DNA of 62,218 nucleotides, filler included, from Hausera hauseri (Eukaryota): assembly GCA_046269625.1 (NCBI GenBank). It is 11 parts of 11 records of this genome, joined end to end, with 100 filler letters (N's around TTAATTAATTAA, not from the genome) between each part and the next. Parts side by side here need not be neighbours in the genome. Positions count along the whole stretch, not along the records: positions 32,077 to 38,682 come from JBJURY010082214.1; positions 38,783 to 45,638 come from JBJURY010058329.1; positions 45,739 to 49,818 come from JBJURY010774314.1; 8 more parts are not named here. One strand, written 5' to 3'. The first letter of the stretch is position 1; each line of letters starts with the position of its first letter. Below, one piece after another: positions 35,585 through 47,694 of the stretch. A model generated the notes under the pieces. It searched no databases. It saw nothing but the letters and a program-made list of their open reading frames with translations, and was not told the origin of the DNA. Position numbers and translations under genes: made by a program.

Positions 35585-38500
35585 ATGGCAAGTAATAAAG
35601 TAGAACAGGTGATTCAGTCTAAGGCTGACTTCACCCTCCCCATGAAGAAGTTTTCCGGTAAAGAAGATATCCAAGATTTTATGATGGAATACGAAGTATA
35701 TTCCAAAAGTTTTGGCTGGGATGACAAACAAAGAGTAGAAAGGTTACCCCTTCATTTGAAAGGGACGGCTCTTATGGTTTATTTCCAATTACCTGAAGAA
35801 GATAAGAAAGACTGGAAGGAAATTAAAGATAAGTTGCCTCAAAAGTTTCTAATAGATCCCTCTGGAAAGGGGAGAATCGAAGAATTTATAAGACGGAGGC
35901 AACGGAAAGACGAATCCGTCCAGGACTTTGTATGTGCATTGGAAAAACTTGCAGCGAGAGCATACCCCGACGTAACGATACGAAACAATGCATTGTTAGC
36001 CCAGTTCCAATACGGATTAGAAGAAAGATTACGAACAATAATTTCTCAAGCAGACCCGCCTACGTTCCAAGAGGCAATAAGAAAGGCACGAAAAGCCGAA
36101 CGGGATGCGGAACTGTATAGGTGGAATAAATCCAGAAACAATAATAATGGCTACGATAAAAGACGAAATAATAGTACACAAAAGTATCAACGGTACGACA
36201 GAAATAGAAGCCCATCACAAACATCAGCAACCGAAGCTGAATCAGATGGAGAAAAGAAAGTGAGATTCAATTTACGGAATGACGGAGAAAAAGCAAGTTA
36301 TAAGAAGAAATATAAGAAAGATGGAAGATCATTACCCAGTATAGATTCTGAAGGAAGATTAAAATGTTTCAATTGTAATAAATATGGACATATAGCGAAA
36401 TCATGTAGATCACGCAAAAGGGACTCTTCAAAGCCAAATGATAAAAATAAACAGAGGAAAGATAATGTATCAGCAACGTCGGACGAATCGTCCGACAGAG
36501 AATATGAAACAGATGATAGTGCCAGTGAACGAGAAGTCAAAAAGAAAGATAAGAAGAAAGAAAGTATTAACTATATAAATGATTCATTACCCTCACGTAT
36601 GAAGAAACAGCTAGAAATAGAAGTAAAGGAGTATAAAAGACAACAGCAAAGGTTGAAAGAGAGTAATATTTACATGGTAGGTGATCCATCGGAGAAACAG
36701 ACATCTCGCAAAGGAAAAAAGAAAAGTAATAAGAAAATAATTGATGTAGAAGTTGGATCAAGAGAAACGTCGACAGAGAGGAAAGATGTAGTAAATGAAA
36801 AGAAAAGAGGAAGAAAGAAGAGTAACATCAGCACACCCTCACCCTCATTTAGTCCGGGAGAATCCCAAGACATGCCAATATTTGACGAAGCTATATTAGA
36901 TCAGGTAATAAGGAACCCTGGTGTAGACTTAGACGAAGAAGATGACATTATAGAAGCATTAATGATTATTGATCCTAATAATATAGTCGATATAGACAAA
37001 ACAACTACGACGATATTGAAGATAATCACCAGTAAAATAACGGCAAAAAGAATGAATGAAATTCTACCCCAATTGGTATTACTAGCCCAAGACACTAGCC
37101 CCGTAAGAGAGATGGCTAGAACTGTGTTAGCCAAAGCTGCGGAGGAAGAAAAAGGAAGAAATGAAGCCATTAGGATAACAATAAAAGAAGGAAACCAAGA
37201 CATGAGGGTCATCCGGATGAATGAAATTGATGACATACAAACCTTACGAGAAAGGATAGAGGAGCTGGAACCATTTTATCAAGCCAGTCCCTATGGATTA
37301 AGTTATTGTGGAAGGACACTATACGGTTACGACAGACTACTAAGAATCGGATGCAGAAGTGAGAATTATAATCCAATAAATATAACTGAAATACATCCAG
37401 AGGCAAGAGCACAAGCAACTGTGGAAGAAATCATAAGAGAAATGGAACCACGGGAAGTAGAAAATCCCATGGGTGATACGCAAGACGTTACGGTCCAAAC
37501 GGAAGCCAAGAGAAGAGGCAGGCCAAGAGGGACAAAGATAAGCGACATTCGCAATAGGAAAGATAGAAATGAAGAAATAGTAAGACGTTTATTACTAGCA
37601 GGAACAGATGGCACTCCTGAATCGGTGGACATAGATCCATTACTAAGAACGTTATTGGCCAAGATGCACACGTCATTTGCCTCTTTTGACATGCAGGCAG
37701 TAATCCCAGATGAAGTATTTAATACGTTACGTAATAATATGCTGTAGACAATAAGTAGACAATTCTACGAGAATCTAGAGGAAGAAAGGATAAATGAGTT
37801 ACATTAAGTAGATATTTTGGAAAGGATGTTCGCTACAAGCATCACACGAGAAAAAACCCAAACAGCTATATATTATTTTTTATATAAGATAATAGTAATT
37901 AACCATCAGACTCAAAATCTAGAGGACATTGAACGAAACATAAAGACAGTGGTAAAAATTATGAAAGATACTCTGGGAAATTGGGCTCAATGTAGAGGTG
38001 GCTGGCTGAACAGCCTAACGACTAATATAGATAGGACAGAAGAACGAGAAAGAATAAGAGATAAACCAGTCGGGACGCAACCAACTACGTCTCGATCAGG
38101 CATAACAGGTATGTCAATAATGGCGATTATACAAATCCTACTAATAACATCATTACTAATGTCAAAAGCCGTAGGTATAGTGGCATATGACTGTTCTAAA
38201 CCCAGTGAAGGACAAAAGTATTCTCTAGTTGACTTAGAGAAATGCCCAAAAGCCGACCCAGAGTAATTGACAACTACTGGTGGCCTTACATATTGGGTGT
38301 ACCAACAGTCTGAATTCATAAAGGCAAAGATTAGAGAACGTTACGTGAAAAGATCTTTCTTTCTATTCAATTGTGCCTATTATTCAGGAAATTCAGCCAT
38401 AATTGAGACTACAACACCTTTCGAGCCAATAATAATATCCCGAGCAGAATTTCAGGATAAATTTAAGATTGACATCATAACTATACAAAATGCACATATA

Positions 38501-38682
38501 CCTGCAGTAAGAAATAGAATAAAGTACATGAGAATTTTTAGAGCTGGAAGGATAGATAAGACAATGGAAGGAACCTGTAAAGGAGTGGATTACGATGTCG
38601 GAGGCACCATAGCACCTAGAACGGTAGCCATAGAAGATTATCAGGTACAGCTGAAAGAATACGAGGGATTATTCGATTCCCA
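35585..38682 (+). mobile_element. gag: Single reading frame Gag - ubiquitin-like domain - AT-hook - signal peptide - chuvirus-like glycoprotein; three in-frame stops; runs off contig end
   Basis: ORFs at 35585, 37817 and 38267 are in one frame; Ty3/Gypsy capsid (KFSGKEDIQDF...RRQRKDESVQDF), CCHC CFNCNKYGHIAKSC (36365-36406), hydrophobic MAIIQILLITSLLMSKAVG then IVAYDCSKP...YSLVDLEKCP. Confidence 0.82.
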
Positions 38683-38782
38683 NNNNNNNNNNNNNNNNNN
38701 NNNNNNNNNNNNNNNNNNNNNNNNNNTTAATTAATTAANNNNNNNNNNNNNNNNNNNNNNNNNNNNNNNNNNNNNNNNNNNN

Positions 38783-41594
38783 CGAAAATCTTTTCCTCGT
38801 GACAAAGGTCACGCGTCATTAGACAAATAGGTCACGAAGCTTTGACAAACATGTCAAATCTTTTCCTCATGATTGCCGATACGGGTCACTGACCACGGTC
38901 ACTGACAAAGGTTACGATTGGTAATTGTCGAAAGCTTTTCCTCGTGATTGCCAATACGGGTCACTGCCCAAAGTCATCGATCACGTGTCGTGTACAAAAA
39001 ACGCTGATTCGACTTTGTCTGTAAACGGTGTTGCTTACGAAACAAGTTACAAGGTTACTAAAAGTTAGTGTTGTTAAGAATATATAGCTATAAAAGGTCG
39101 GTTAGATTAATGTTAAAAGACGTGTTTTATTTGAGTGAACAACGGAAACCTGTATCTACCACGTTTAACCTCTGGTCACAAATGGGCATTTTTAAAAAAA
39201 AAAAATAGGAGGTACCAATAGCCTGGCAGCCATCCTGTCGGGGTAAGGGGCGTGACTAAGGCCAATTCAGCGGGTTTTCTTCATCATCATTCTTTTTTGA
39301 TGATGAAATTTCTTTAGTTATGTATAGTAAGGGGGCTGTGGTGGTGACGTGTCTTTGTATCGGTAACATGTTTGGTATTATTAGGTGCCATAAAGAATGG
39401 GTCAAGGAAGGGTCATACTAGCTGTTAATGTCGCAGTTCTCAAAGGGGTTGGGAGTGGTGTAGGTGATCTTCTTTGTGCTTAGGGACACAGAAGCGGGAT
39501 ATTTTCTGTTATGGTCGTGTTTCTTAGAGTGCTTGTTATAGTTTTGGTCAACTTCGTCGCGCTTGTGCGTGTCTTTGCGAGTGAATCGGGGTAGCGCAGG
39601 GCGAGATTTTCTGGAAAAGTCGCGTTTCTTAGAGTGCTAGTGGTGGTTTTGGTCGATTTCCTCACATTTGTTGATGTCTTTGGGAGCGAGTAGGGACAAG
39701 GAACGGTGATATTTTCTGTTATGGGCGTGTTTCTCAAGCGTGCTGCCGGTGGTGTAACTCGATTACCTCATGCTTGTGCGTGTTTTTGGGAGCGAGTCGT
39801 GACAAGGGACAGTGATATTTTCTGTTAAAGTCGAGTTTCTTATGGTTGCGGCTGTGGTTTAGGGCAACGTTTGCATGTTTAAGGACACGAAAAGGGAGAT
39901 ACTTTCTGTTAAACTCGCGTTTCTTAGAGTGCTGCCGGTGGTTTTGGTCGACTTCCTCGCGTTTGAACAGGTCTTTGCGACTGAATCGGGGTAGGGAAGA
40001 GGAATATTTTCTGTTAAAGTCGCATTTCTTAGAGTGCTCGTGGTTGTTTAGGTCGGCTTCATCGTGCTTGGACGTGTCTTTGTGAGTGAATCGGGGTAGT
40101 GCAGGGCGAGATTTTCTGGTAAAGTCGTGTTTCTTAAGGGTACTGCCACTGGTTTAGGTCGACTTCCTCGCACTTGTGGCTGTTTTTGGGAGCAAGTTGG
40201 GGTAAGGAACGGCGAGATTTTCTGTTCCAGTCACGTTTCTTAGACTGCTCGTGGTGGTTTAGGTCTGCTTCTTCGCGCTTGTGGACGTCTTTGGGAGCGA
40301 GTCGGGACACAGAAGCGGGGATATTTTTCTGGTAAAGGTCGTGTTTCTTACGGGTACGGTCAGTGGTTTTGGTCGGCTTTTTCGCGTTTAGGGACATATC
40401 TTTGCTGTTATGGGTGTGTCTTCAAGGACAAGGGCGAGGGTTTAGGACAGGTTGTTCATGCTTAGGGGCATAAGTTTTCTGTTAAAGGTGGGTTTCTTAC
40501 GGACGCAGGTGTGGTTTAAGTCGTGTTTAGGGGCATGTAAGTGGGGTATTTTCTGTTATGGGCGTGTTTCTCAAGCATGCTGCTTGTGGTTTAGGGCGAC
40601 TTCATCGCGTTTGTGGGTGTTTTTGGAAGCGTCGGGGCATGGAACGGCAATATTTTCTGTTATGGTCGTGTTTCTTAGAGTGCTGGCGGTGGTGTTGGTT
40701 GGCTTCATTATGTTTAGGGACATGTCGGGACACGGAAGCGGGGATATTTTCTGTAAAGGTCGCGTTTCTTACGCCTGCAGGCGGTGGTTTAAGTCGTGTT
40801 TAGGGGCACATAAGTTGATATTTTTCTGTTAAAGGCAGGTTTCTTACGGACACGAGCATGGTTTAGATCGTGTTCAGGGACATGTAAGTGGGATATTGTT
40901 TAGTTGTCGTGTGTATCTTAATGCTGTATACTGATTCTAATAGCGAATGCATATTTACCCAAGTAAAAATCTACCAACATTTTCACATTTTATCACCCCT
41001 TAGACGAATATAGAAATATTATTCTTAAGTTTATCCGACAATGAGTCCAAGACTCCAATATTTATCCGCGTACAATGGCTTCCTTTATCCAGCAGAGCGC
41101 TCAAGCAAAACATTTTAACATTCATCTAACCAACATTCCAGCATTCGTCCATGATAACATCTCGCTTGTTCGCTGTCCAGCAAAGCAAAACAAAACCATA
41201 TGGCTGAGTGCCTGTTTCTGACCAGAGGTTAAACGCGGTGGATAAAGGCTTCCATTGTTCACTCAAATAAAACACGTCTTTTAACATTCATCTAAGCGAC
41301 CTTTTACAGCTATACATTCTTAACAACACTAACTTTTTGTAAGCAACACCGTTTACAGACAAAGCAAGATCAGCGTTTTTTGTACATGACACGTAATCGA
41401 TGACCTTGGGCAGTGACCCGTATCGGCAATCACAAGGAAAAGCTTTCAACAATGACCAATTGTAACCTTTGTCAGTGACCTTGGTCAGTGACCAGTATTG
41501 GCAATCACGAGGAAAAGATTTGACATGTTTGTCAAAGCTTCATGACCTATTTGTCTAATGACGAGTGACCTTTGTCATGAGGAAAAGATTTTCG
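38783..41594. repeat. Inverted pair of ~400-bp repeat copies (38783-39190 vs 41208-41594) enclosing a 105-bp array
   Basis: CGAAAATCTTTTCCTCGTGACAAAGGTCAC...TTTAACCTCTGGTCA is the reverse complement, with substitutions, of TGACCAGAGGTTAAAC...GTGACCTTTGTCATGAGGAAAAGATTTTCG. Confidence 0.92.
39480..40900. repeat. Degenerate tandem array, ~105-bp unit with 74-76, 84 and 94-bp variants
   Basis: Anchor TTTCTG recurs with its C at 39506, 39611, 39716, 39822, 39906, 40011, 40116, 40222, 40329, 40405, 40479, 40553, 40657, 40751, 40826. Confidence 0.9.
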
Positions 41595-41679
41595 ACCAAT
41601 CGTAACCATTGTTAGTAGCCTTTGGCATGACAAACCCCATTCGTTAACGATAAAATTACACGCCCGTTTCTTAACCGGA

Positions 41680-42010
41680 TGCGTTTTCCACTATACGGAC
41701 ACATCATCTGTTATCGGACTAATTTTCACTATAAGTCCAACTCGCCCGTTTTTTAACGGGATACATTTTCCACTATAAGTCCGACTCGTCCATCATTAAA
41801 GGGAAACCTTTTTCACTATAAGGCCGACTCGCCCGTCATTTATGTATACAATTACATAGTATAGAGGGAAACCTTTTTTCACTAAAAGGCCAACATGGCG
41901 GTCGTTAAAGGGAAACCGTTTGCACTATACGGCCGACATGCCCGTCGTTAAAGGGAAGCCGGACACACTGTAAGGCCGACATGTCCATCGTTAAAGGGAT
42001 AACTTTTTCA
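41680..42010. repeat. ~43-bp tandem subrepeat
   Basis: CACTA/CACTG anchor at 41689, 41727, 41771, 41814, 41880, 41923, 41966. Confidence 0.85.
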
Positions 42011-43588
42011 CGACAACGACACGCGTTTGTTAACGGACATAAACAAGACGTTGTTACAACCGACATCTTTGCTGTCGACACGAACGTTGTTCCAGTCGAC
42101 ACGCGATTACTGATAAAATATTTCCATGTCACTACAAGTTTACCATGACACGCGATTACTAATAACGACGCGCATTTCAGGGGAAGGGCCAAGGGGGAGG
42201 TATATACGGTATATAAGAAAATACTCCCTCCCCCTTCAAGGGGGAGGACGTTGAGGTAAAGGGGAGGTTACTCTTTTAGGAAAATGTTTTAAGTGGCAGA
42301 TACATTGTGTATGTTCTTAATTAGGTAATTAAGGGTAAGGGAGGTGTAACGGGAGATAATTTATGGGGGAGGGGGCCCCGTTTTTGTCTACTATACTACT
42401 AATTGGAGGCGCATAATTACGCGAGTTCTTGCTTGTTTTTTCTTGTGTCAAGTGTGTCAATACTTGCTATAGGGCTTTATTGAGCTAGTCAAGTGGTCAT
42501 TTGGGCCCATTGTGGCCCCTTTCTTCTAATTATGCGTCGTCGAAGTCACTCTTTTTTTAAATTATATATTTTGGTAAAGTTGTATAGGGACATGTTGGAT
42601 AGGGGAAATGTTGTTGCTTGTTCGTGTATCTTGGTAAAGTTTTAGTGATAGGGGAATGTGGTGATGGGAAAATGGTTTGTTAGTTATCATCATCATCGTG
42701 TGCCGTTGGTGGACGGTTCTGTACTTTTAGTAGTATAAGGGTATGTTAGATAGGGAGATGTTGCTTTTTTAGTGACTTGGTAAAAGTTGTAGTGATAGGG
42801 GAATGTGGTGATGGGGAAAATGTTTTATTAGTTATCATCATCGTGTGCCGTTGGTCGGAAGTTTGTTGGTTTGAGTGAAATGTTGGTTGTATTGGGAGTC
42901 TGTTGCTTATTTAGTGACTTTGTAAAAGTTTTAATGATAGGGGAATGTGGTGTTGGGGAAAAATGTTTTATTAGTTATCGTCATCATCGTGTGCCATTGG
43001 TGGTCGGTTCTGTACATTTAGTGTTGTATGGATAGTTGGATAGGGAAATGTAGTGATTTTTAGTGTCTTGTCTCTTGTTGTGTTGGTCTATCAGTCAACA
43101 TCATCATTGCTTGTCTACAAATCAACATCATCAGCAAGTGCCGTTGGTAGGAAGTTTGGTGGTTTGTTGGAAACATGTGGGGTGGAGAAAATGCTGTTGC
43201 TTGTTTTGGGTCTTGTTGTTCATGTATCTTGATAAAGTTGGACTTGTATTGGGGAAATGTCACTTGTCAGTCGTCAACACTATCGTGGGTCGTCGTAAAG
43301 TTGTATTTGGGAAATGTTTTATTAGTAATCGTGTGTCATGGTAAAGTTGTAGTGACATGGAAATGTTTTATTAGTAAACACGTGTCGACTGGAACAACGT
43401 TCGTGTCGACAGCGAAGATGTCGGTGATAACAACGTCTTGTTTGTGTCCGTTAACAACAAACGTGTGTCGTTGTCATGAAAAAGTTATCCCTTTAACGAT
43501 GGACATGTCGGCCTTATAGTGTTTCCGGCTTCCCTTTAACGACTGGCATGTCGGCCTTATAGTGCAAACGGTTTCCCTTTAACGACGG
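41900..43588. repeat. Second inverted pair (41900-42165 vs 43319-43588)
   Basis: Minus ORF 41905-42192 and plus ORF 43175-43519 give near-identical pseudo-peptides (CHGK.VVTWK.FIS..VSTGTTFVSTAKMSV.TTSCLCPLT). Confidence 0.92.
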
Positions 43589-44999
43589 TTGTCGTAGCTT
43601 TTATAATACACTACGACTGTGTGATACATCATTAGTGGATTCGTATATCTATTCAATATGACGGTGGTAAACGATATACTCCAGGAGTCGTGTATTCACC
43701 ACACCATCGACAATAACGGCACGGATAACAACCATAAGCAACACAACCCACACCAACTCTATACTTCCGCAATTATATGGGTAACGAACATTCAGCACGA
43801 CTACAATATACGGGAGAATGCCTGGCCGTTTAAGAAATAGTCAACTTTATTTACAGTAAATATTTACAGGCATGATAAAGCATATGCATATGATAATCTT
43901 ACTTCGAAACGCCTCTTCATGTGTCAATTCTTCTGAGGCTAAATATCTAACTAAACATGTGTTGGCTCGCTTTACACATACAAACACATCGACGGTTGAT
44001 TGTCACACTAGTGGGACGTCCGTCTAACAACACACTACAACTGGGAGAGGAGCTCTAGCCGGTCTTAGGCGAGCCTCAATCCTTGTGTGCAAAAGGGGAA
44101 CATATAGACAAGTCTACAAACAATATACGTGAGCCATCATTACATTTAAACACGTGATATAGCTAAGATGTGCACATCGTCCGTATAACTACCAATGTAG
44201 TCTATGAGCAATGTTCATTATAGGTATATCTGGTAATCTATACCCCGTTCTATATCGTTCATTAGTCTTTTACGTTCAATGTCTTGATGTGCACACAAAA
44301 TCCCGAGATCCTTAAACATCAATCATAGTTAACATACTCACAGTTTGTCTGAATTCCTACACAGCGCTGGGTCTCCGATAAAACATCGCTATCCAGTAGT
44401 GAAGTGGCTGATACGCCATTTTAACGAATCCTTGAAGTAAACTCTTCGTGATTCTCAAACTTCCGTTGATATAAGATAACATATGAATTAGGAGGCACGT
44501 ACCTTTTGATTGCAGAAGAACGATACTGCAGTTCTACTGCTGCAACAAACGTTGGTGGTTCTATATAAACCACGTTGATTTTTAACGTTGAAGCTGAAGC
44601 ACAATTTTAACACAATTAAACTCTGCATCTAGCAGAGATAATCCAGTAGAACGCAAACGACATGAGCTCAAAACCGGCTCATCACATTTTCGAAGTCCTA
44701 GGAATACCAATAATTCCACTGAAACTGAGCACATCTGCTCACACTGAAGTTCTAACAAAAAATGCCCTGCGTTTCTATGTTTCCATTCGTTTTGTTGTTT
44801 CTGTCCCACGCCTACGCAATTCGCGTTCCTTTTGTCTCGCCCCCACCTTCCGGCCTATCGTTTCAAGTGGTCGTTCCTCACTTCCATCCTGTGCAGGTGT
44901 GTTTTTGGCGTTTGTCTTTTGTGTCGCCACCTGCCTTTTAAGTTTTATGCAGCTGCATCCGCTGGCGGTGTATGTAAAGTTTGGCGTTTCATTTCCTAT

Positions 45000-45485
45000 G
45001 ACACGGATCCTGGAATGGTGATATTTTCTGTTAAAGTCGCGTATCTTAAGGTTGCTGGTGGTGGTTTAAGTCGTCTTCATCAGACTTTAGTATGTCTTTG
45101 GGAGCAAGTCGGAACATGAAAGCGGCACAATTTCTGCTAAAGTCGCATTTCTTAAGGTTACTGGAAGTGGTTTAGTTCGTCTTCATCATGTATATGGTAG
45201 CAAATTGGTCATGGAAGAGGTAAATTTTCTGTTAAGGTCGCGTATCTTAAGGGTGTTGGAGGTGTTTTAGGTCGTCTTCCTCAGACTTTAGTATGGTTTT
45301 GGGGCCAAGTCGGTCACAGAAGGGTCATAATTTCTGTCAAAGTCGTGTTTCTTAAGGGTGTTGGTGGTGGTTTAGCTCGTCTTCATCAGACTTTAGTATG
45401 GTTTTGGGTCCAAGTTGGTCATGGAAGGGTCATAATTTCTGTTAAAGTCGTGTTTCTTGGGGTTGTTGGAGGTGGTTTAGTTCGA
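45000..45485. repeat. Second array of the 105-bp family
   Basis: Anchor C at 45028, 45134, 45229, 45334, 45439. Confidence 0.88.
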
Positions 45486-47160
45486 GCTAGAGGCTGACTT
45501 GAAAGGTCTTGATCAGTAATGATGATGATCCGCTACACTCTATTGCCGATCCTAAGAAGAGACCTGTATCGTCCCACTAGGCTCACATGTCAAAGATGGA
45601 GGTTTTGGAAGGTTTCGTTCACTATACGGCACATGCTGNNNNNNNNNNNNNNNNNNNNNNNNNNNNNNNNNNNNNNNNNNNNTTAATTAATTAANNNNNN
45701 NNNNNNNNNNNNNNNNNNNNNNNNNNNNNNNNNNNNNNCAGGGCGCAATCAAACCCCTGAAGTCAGACAATTATTATTTTAAGATTTCCTGTCAAATGAT
45801 TCAGTGAAAATTCACATTCCGTTTGGAACTAACAGTATTATTCGTTGACTAATTGTCTGACACGTACTGCATAACCTGAGCTATAAATTATTGTGAGAAG
45901 CGATAATACCATCAACATGCAACTTTTGTAACTCATCTAAGACTAACTATTCGTAAATGATGAATTTTCAGAACGTTATCGTTTCTAATTATTTTATATG
46001 TAATTCAGTATTTTTATGAATAATATTAGATTTTATCTGAGATAAAATTTTAATTAATTTGCAGAAAATTTTTATAGGTCGATGTACTTAAATATATACA
46101 AAAAAACGATTATATTTTGACCGATTTTTGACTTAATTGTGGGGATAAATTAATTAGCGGCGGCATTGTTTCATATATGTTTAAGTCAATAAATATCATC
46201 TTTACGCATTATGGTACAAATTAAAATCTATCAAAAATCAAAGCACAACTTACATATTGACTTAATACTGGATAACAGTTGATAGAACAGCTGTAAGACT
46301 TAAGGTGACCAAAACAAAACTACTGACAAAACGTTTCATAAATTATGTGAACATTGTCGAGTCATTTTGCACTTGCGTTTCTAGACTCCAATTAATTGGA
46401 GTCTACACTGAAGTATACAACAACTCGCATAACCGAAATGTACTTTTCTTCAACTTTTCGGAAATTTGTCAATCTTCTGTTACCGATTGTACATAGTAAT
46501 TAGCTGTATTGTAATTAGATATTGTTAAAATAATTAATGGGAATATTTGTCGATTGATTCAAATTATTAGTTGTTTATTTGATATTTCTGCGATAACAAT
46601 TGTAAAAAGAATGTGCAGTGATGTAAAGAATGTGCAGTAATTGATAAAAAAGAAAAAATCTGATTATTGGTATATCAATTGTGACAGAACGACGAAAAAT
46701 GACGTAATCATTGAATCGCTAGTATATAAACAAGTGAGATTTTTAGTTGAACAACAACTACCAAACTACCGAATTAGAACTACCGAAACTACCGGACTAC
46801 AGAATTACAGAACTTCAGAGTTTAGAAAAGTGTATTTAGGAGTGAAATCCAATACGACGATTTGCGAAGAAATTGATGACATTCTATTCGAAGTTGAAGA
46901 TAGAATCGAAGTTATCGCGAAAGTTTGGGAATTCGATAAATTCAGAAGTCAGTGATCACGAAGTTAATCAGCGTTATTGATATTGGTATAAATTACATTT
47001 TTGTTATTGAATTGTCTTAATTTGCTATATAGTTTCCATCGATTCTTAAAATCGATTAGACGACACTAGGTTTTAAATTCTGGGCGTAAATTATATAGTT
47101 AAGAAAGAACCGTTTGTTAATTTGACGCACAGGATAACGCACGCAGTACCTGCATTCGTT

Positions 47161-47307
47161 TATATAAAGGTCTATAAGGTACACCCTGATTTACCGAGAA
47201 CGGTAAACCGCACCTGCGATATTTTAAATTCATAATAAACTATTATTAGATAGTTGGAGACGTTAGGGCCCAACCCAAAATCTAACATTTGGCGACCCCA
47301 TTAGGAC
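47161..47307 (+). promoter_or_regulatory. 3' part of a 5' LTR (TATA, AATAAA, terminal CA at 47287) and tRNA-Arg-like PBS
   Basis: TATATAAAGG at 47161, AATAAA ~47234, TCTAACA-TT-TGGCGACCCCATTAGGAC (PBS from 47290). Confidence 0.7.
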
Positions 47308-47694
47308 AGTTTGTGCCTCGCTAGACTATTATTTCAGCTCAGAGTCAATTAATGCAACACACCCGCGATTAGCGCATCACACCAATTAATTGAATCAACT
47401 AGGATATAAAATTCGGGATATAATGTCCTATTTAAATAAATGGGTTTTAAAAGCACAATTATTGACAGGCATAGTAAATCCGAATATTTAAAGCTAAACG
47501 GTAAAGTGAATTTAATTACAAGACGAACTCGCAGTAAAGCAAGAACAAATCCGAACGAAAAACGTACATGATCTGAATGACGTGAAAACTTAACAAATTT
47601 ATCAGACCAGAATCAAGAAGAAAATTTTAAAGTCCCAGCTAAACTAACCGACGGACGTAAAGTAAAAAACAAAATAGACACAAATACGGCTACA

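Noticed and set aside
39480-39737. Thr-rich 35-aa-repeat protein encoded by the 105-bp array
   Set aside because: Many unit lengths (106, 107, 76, 74, 104, 94) break frame, so the array is not under coding constraint.
44160-44200. YTDD on the minus strand as a reverse-transcriptase motif
   Set aside because: No other RT motifs recognisable around it.
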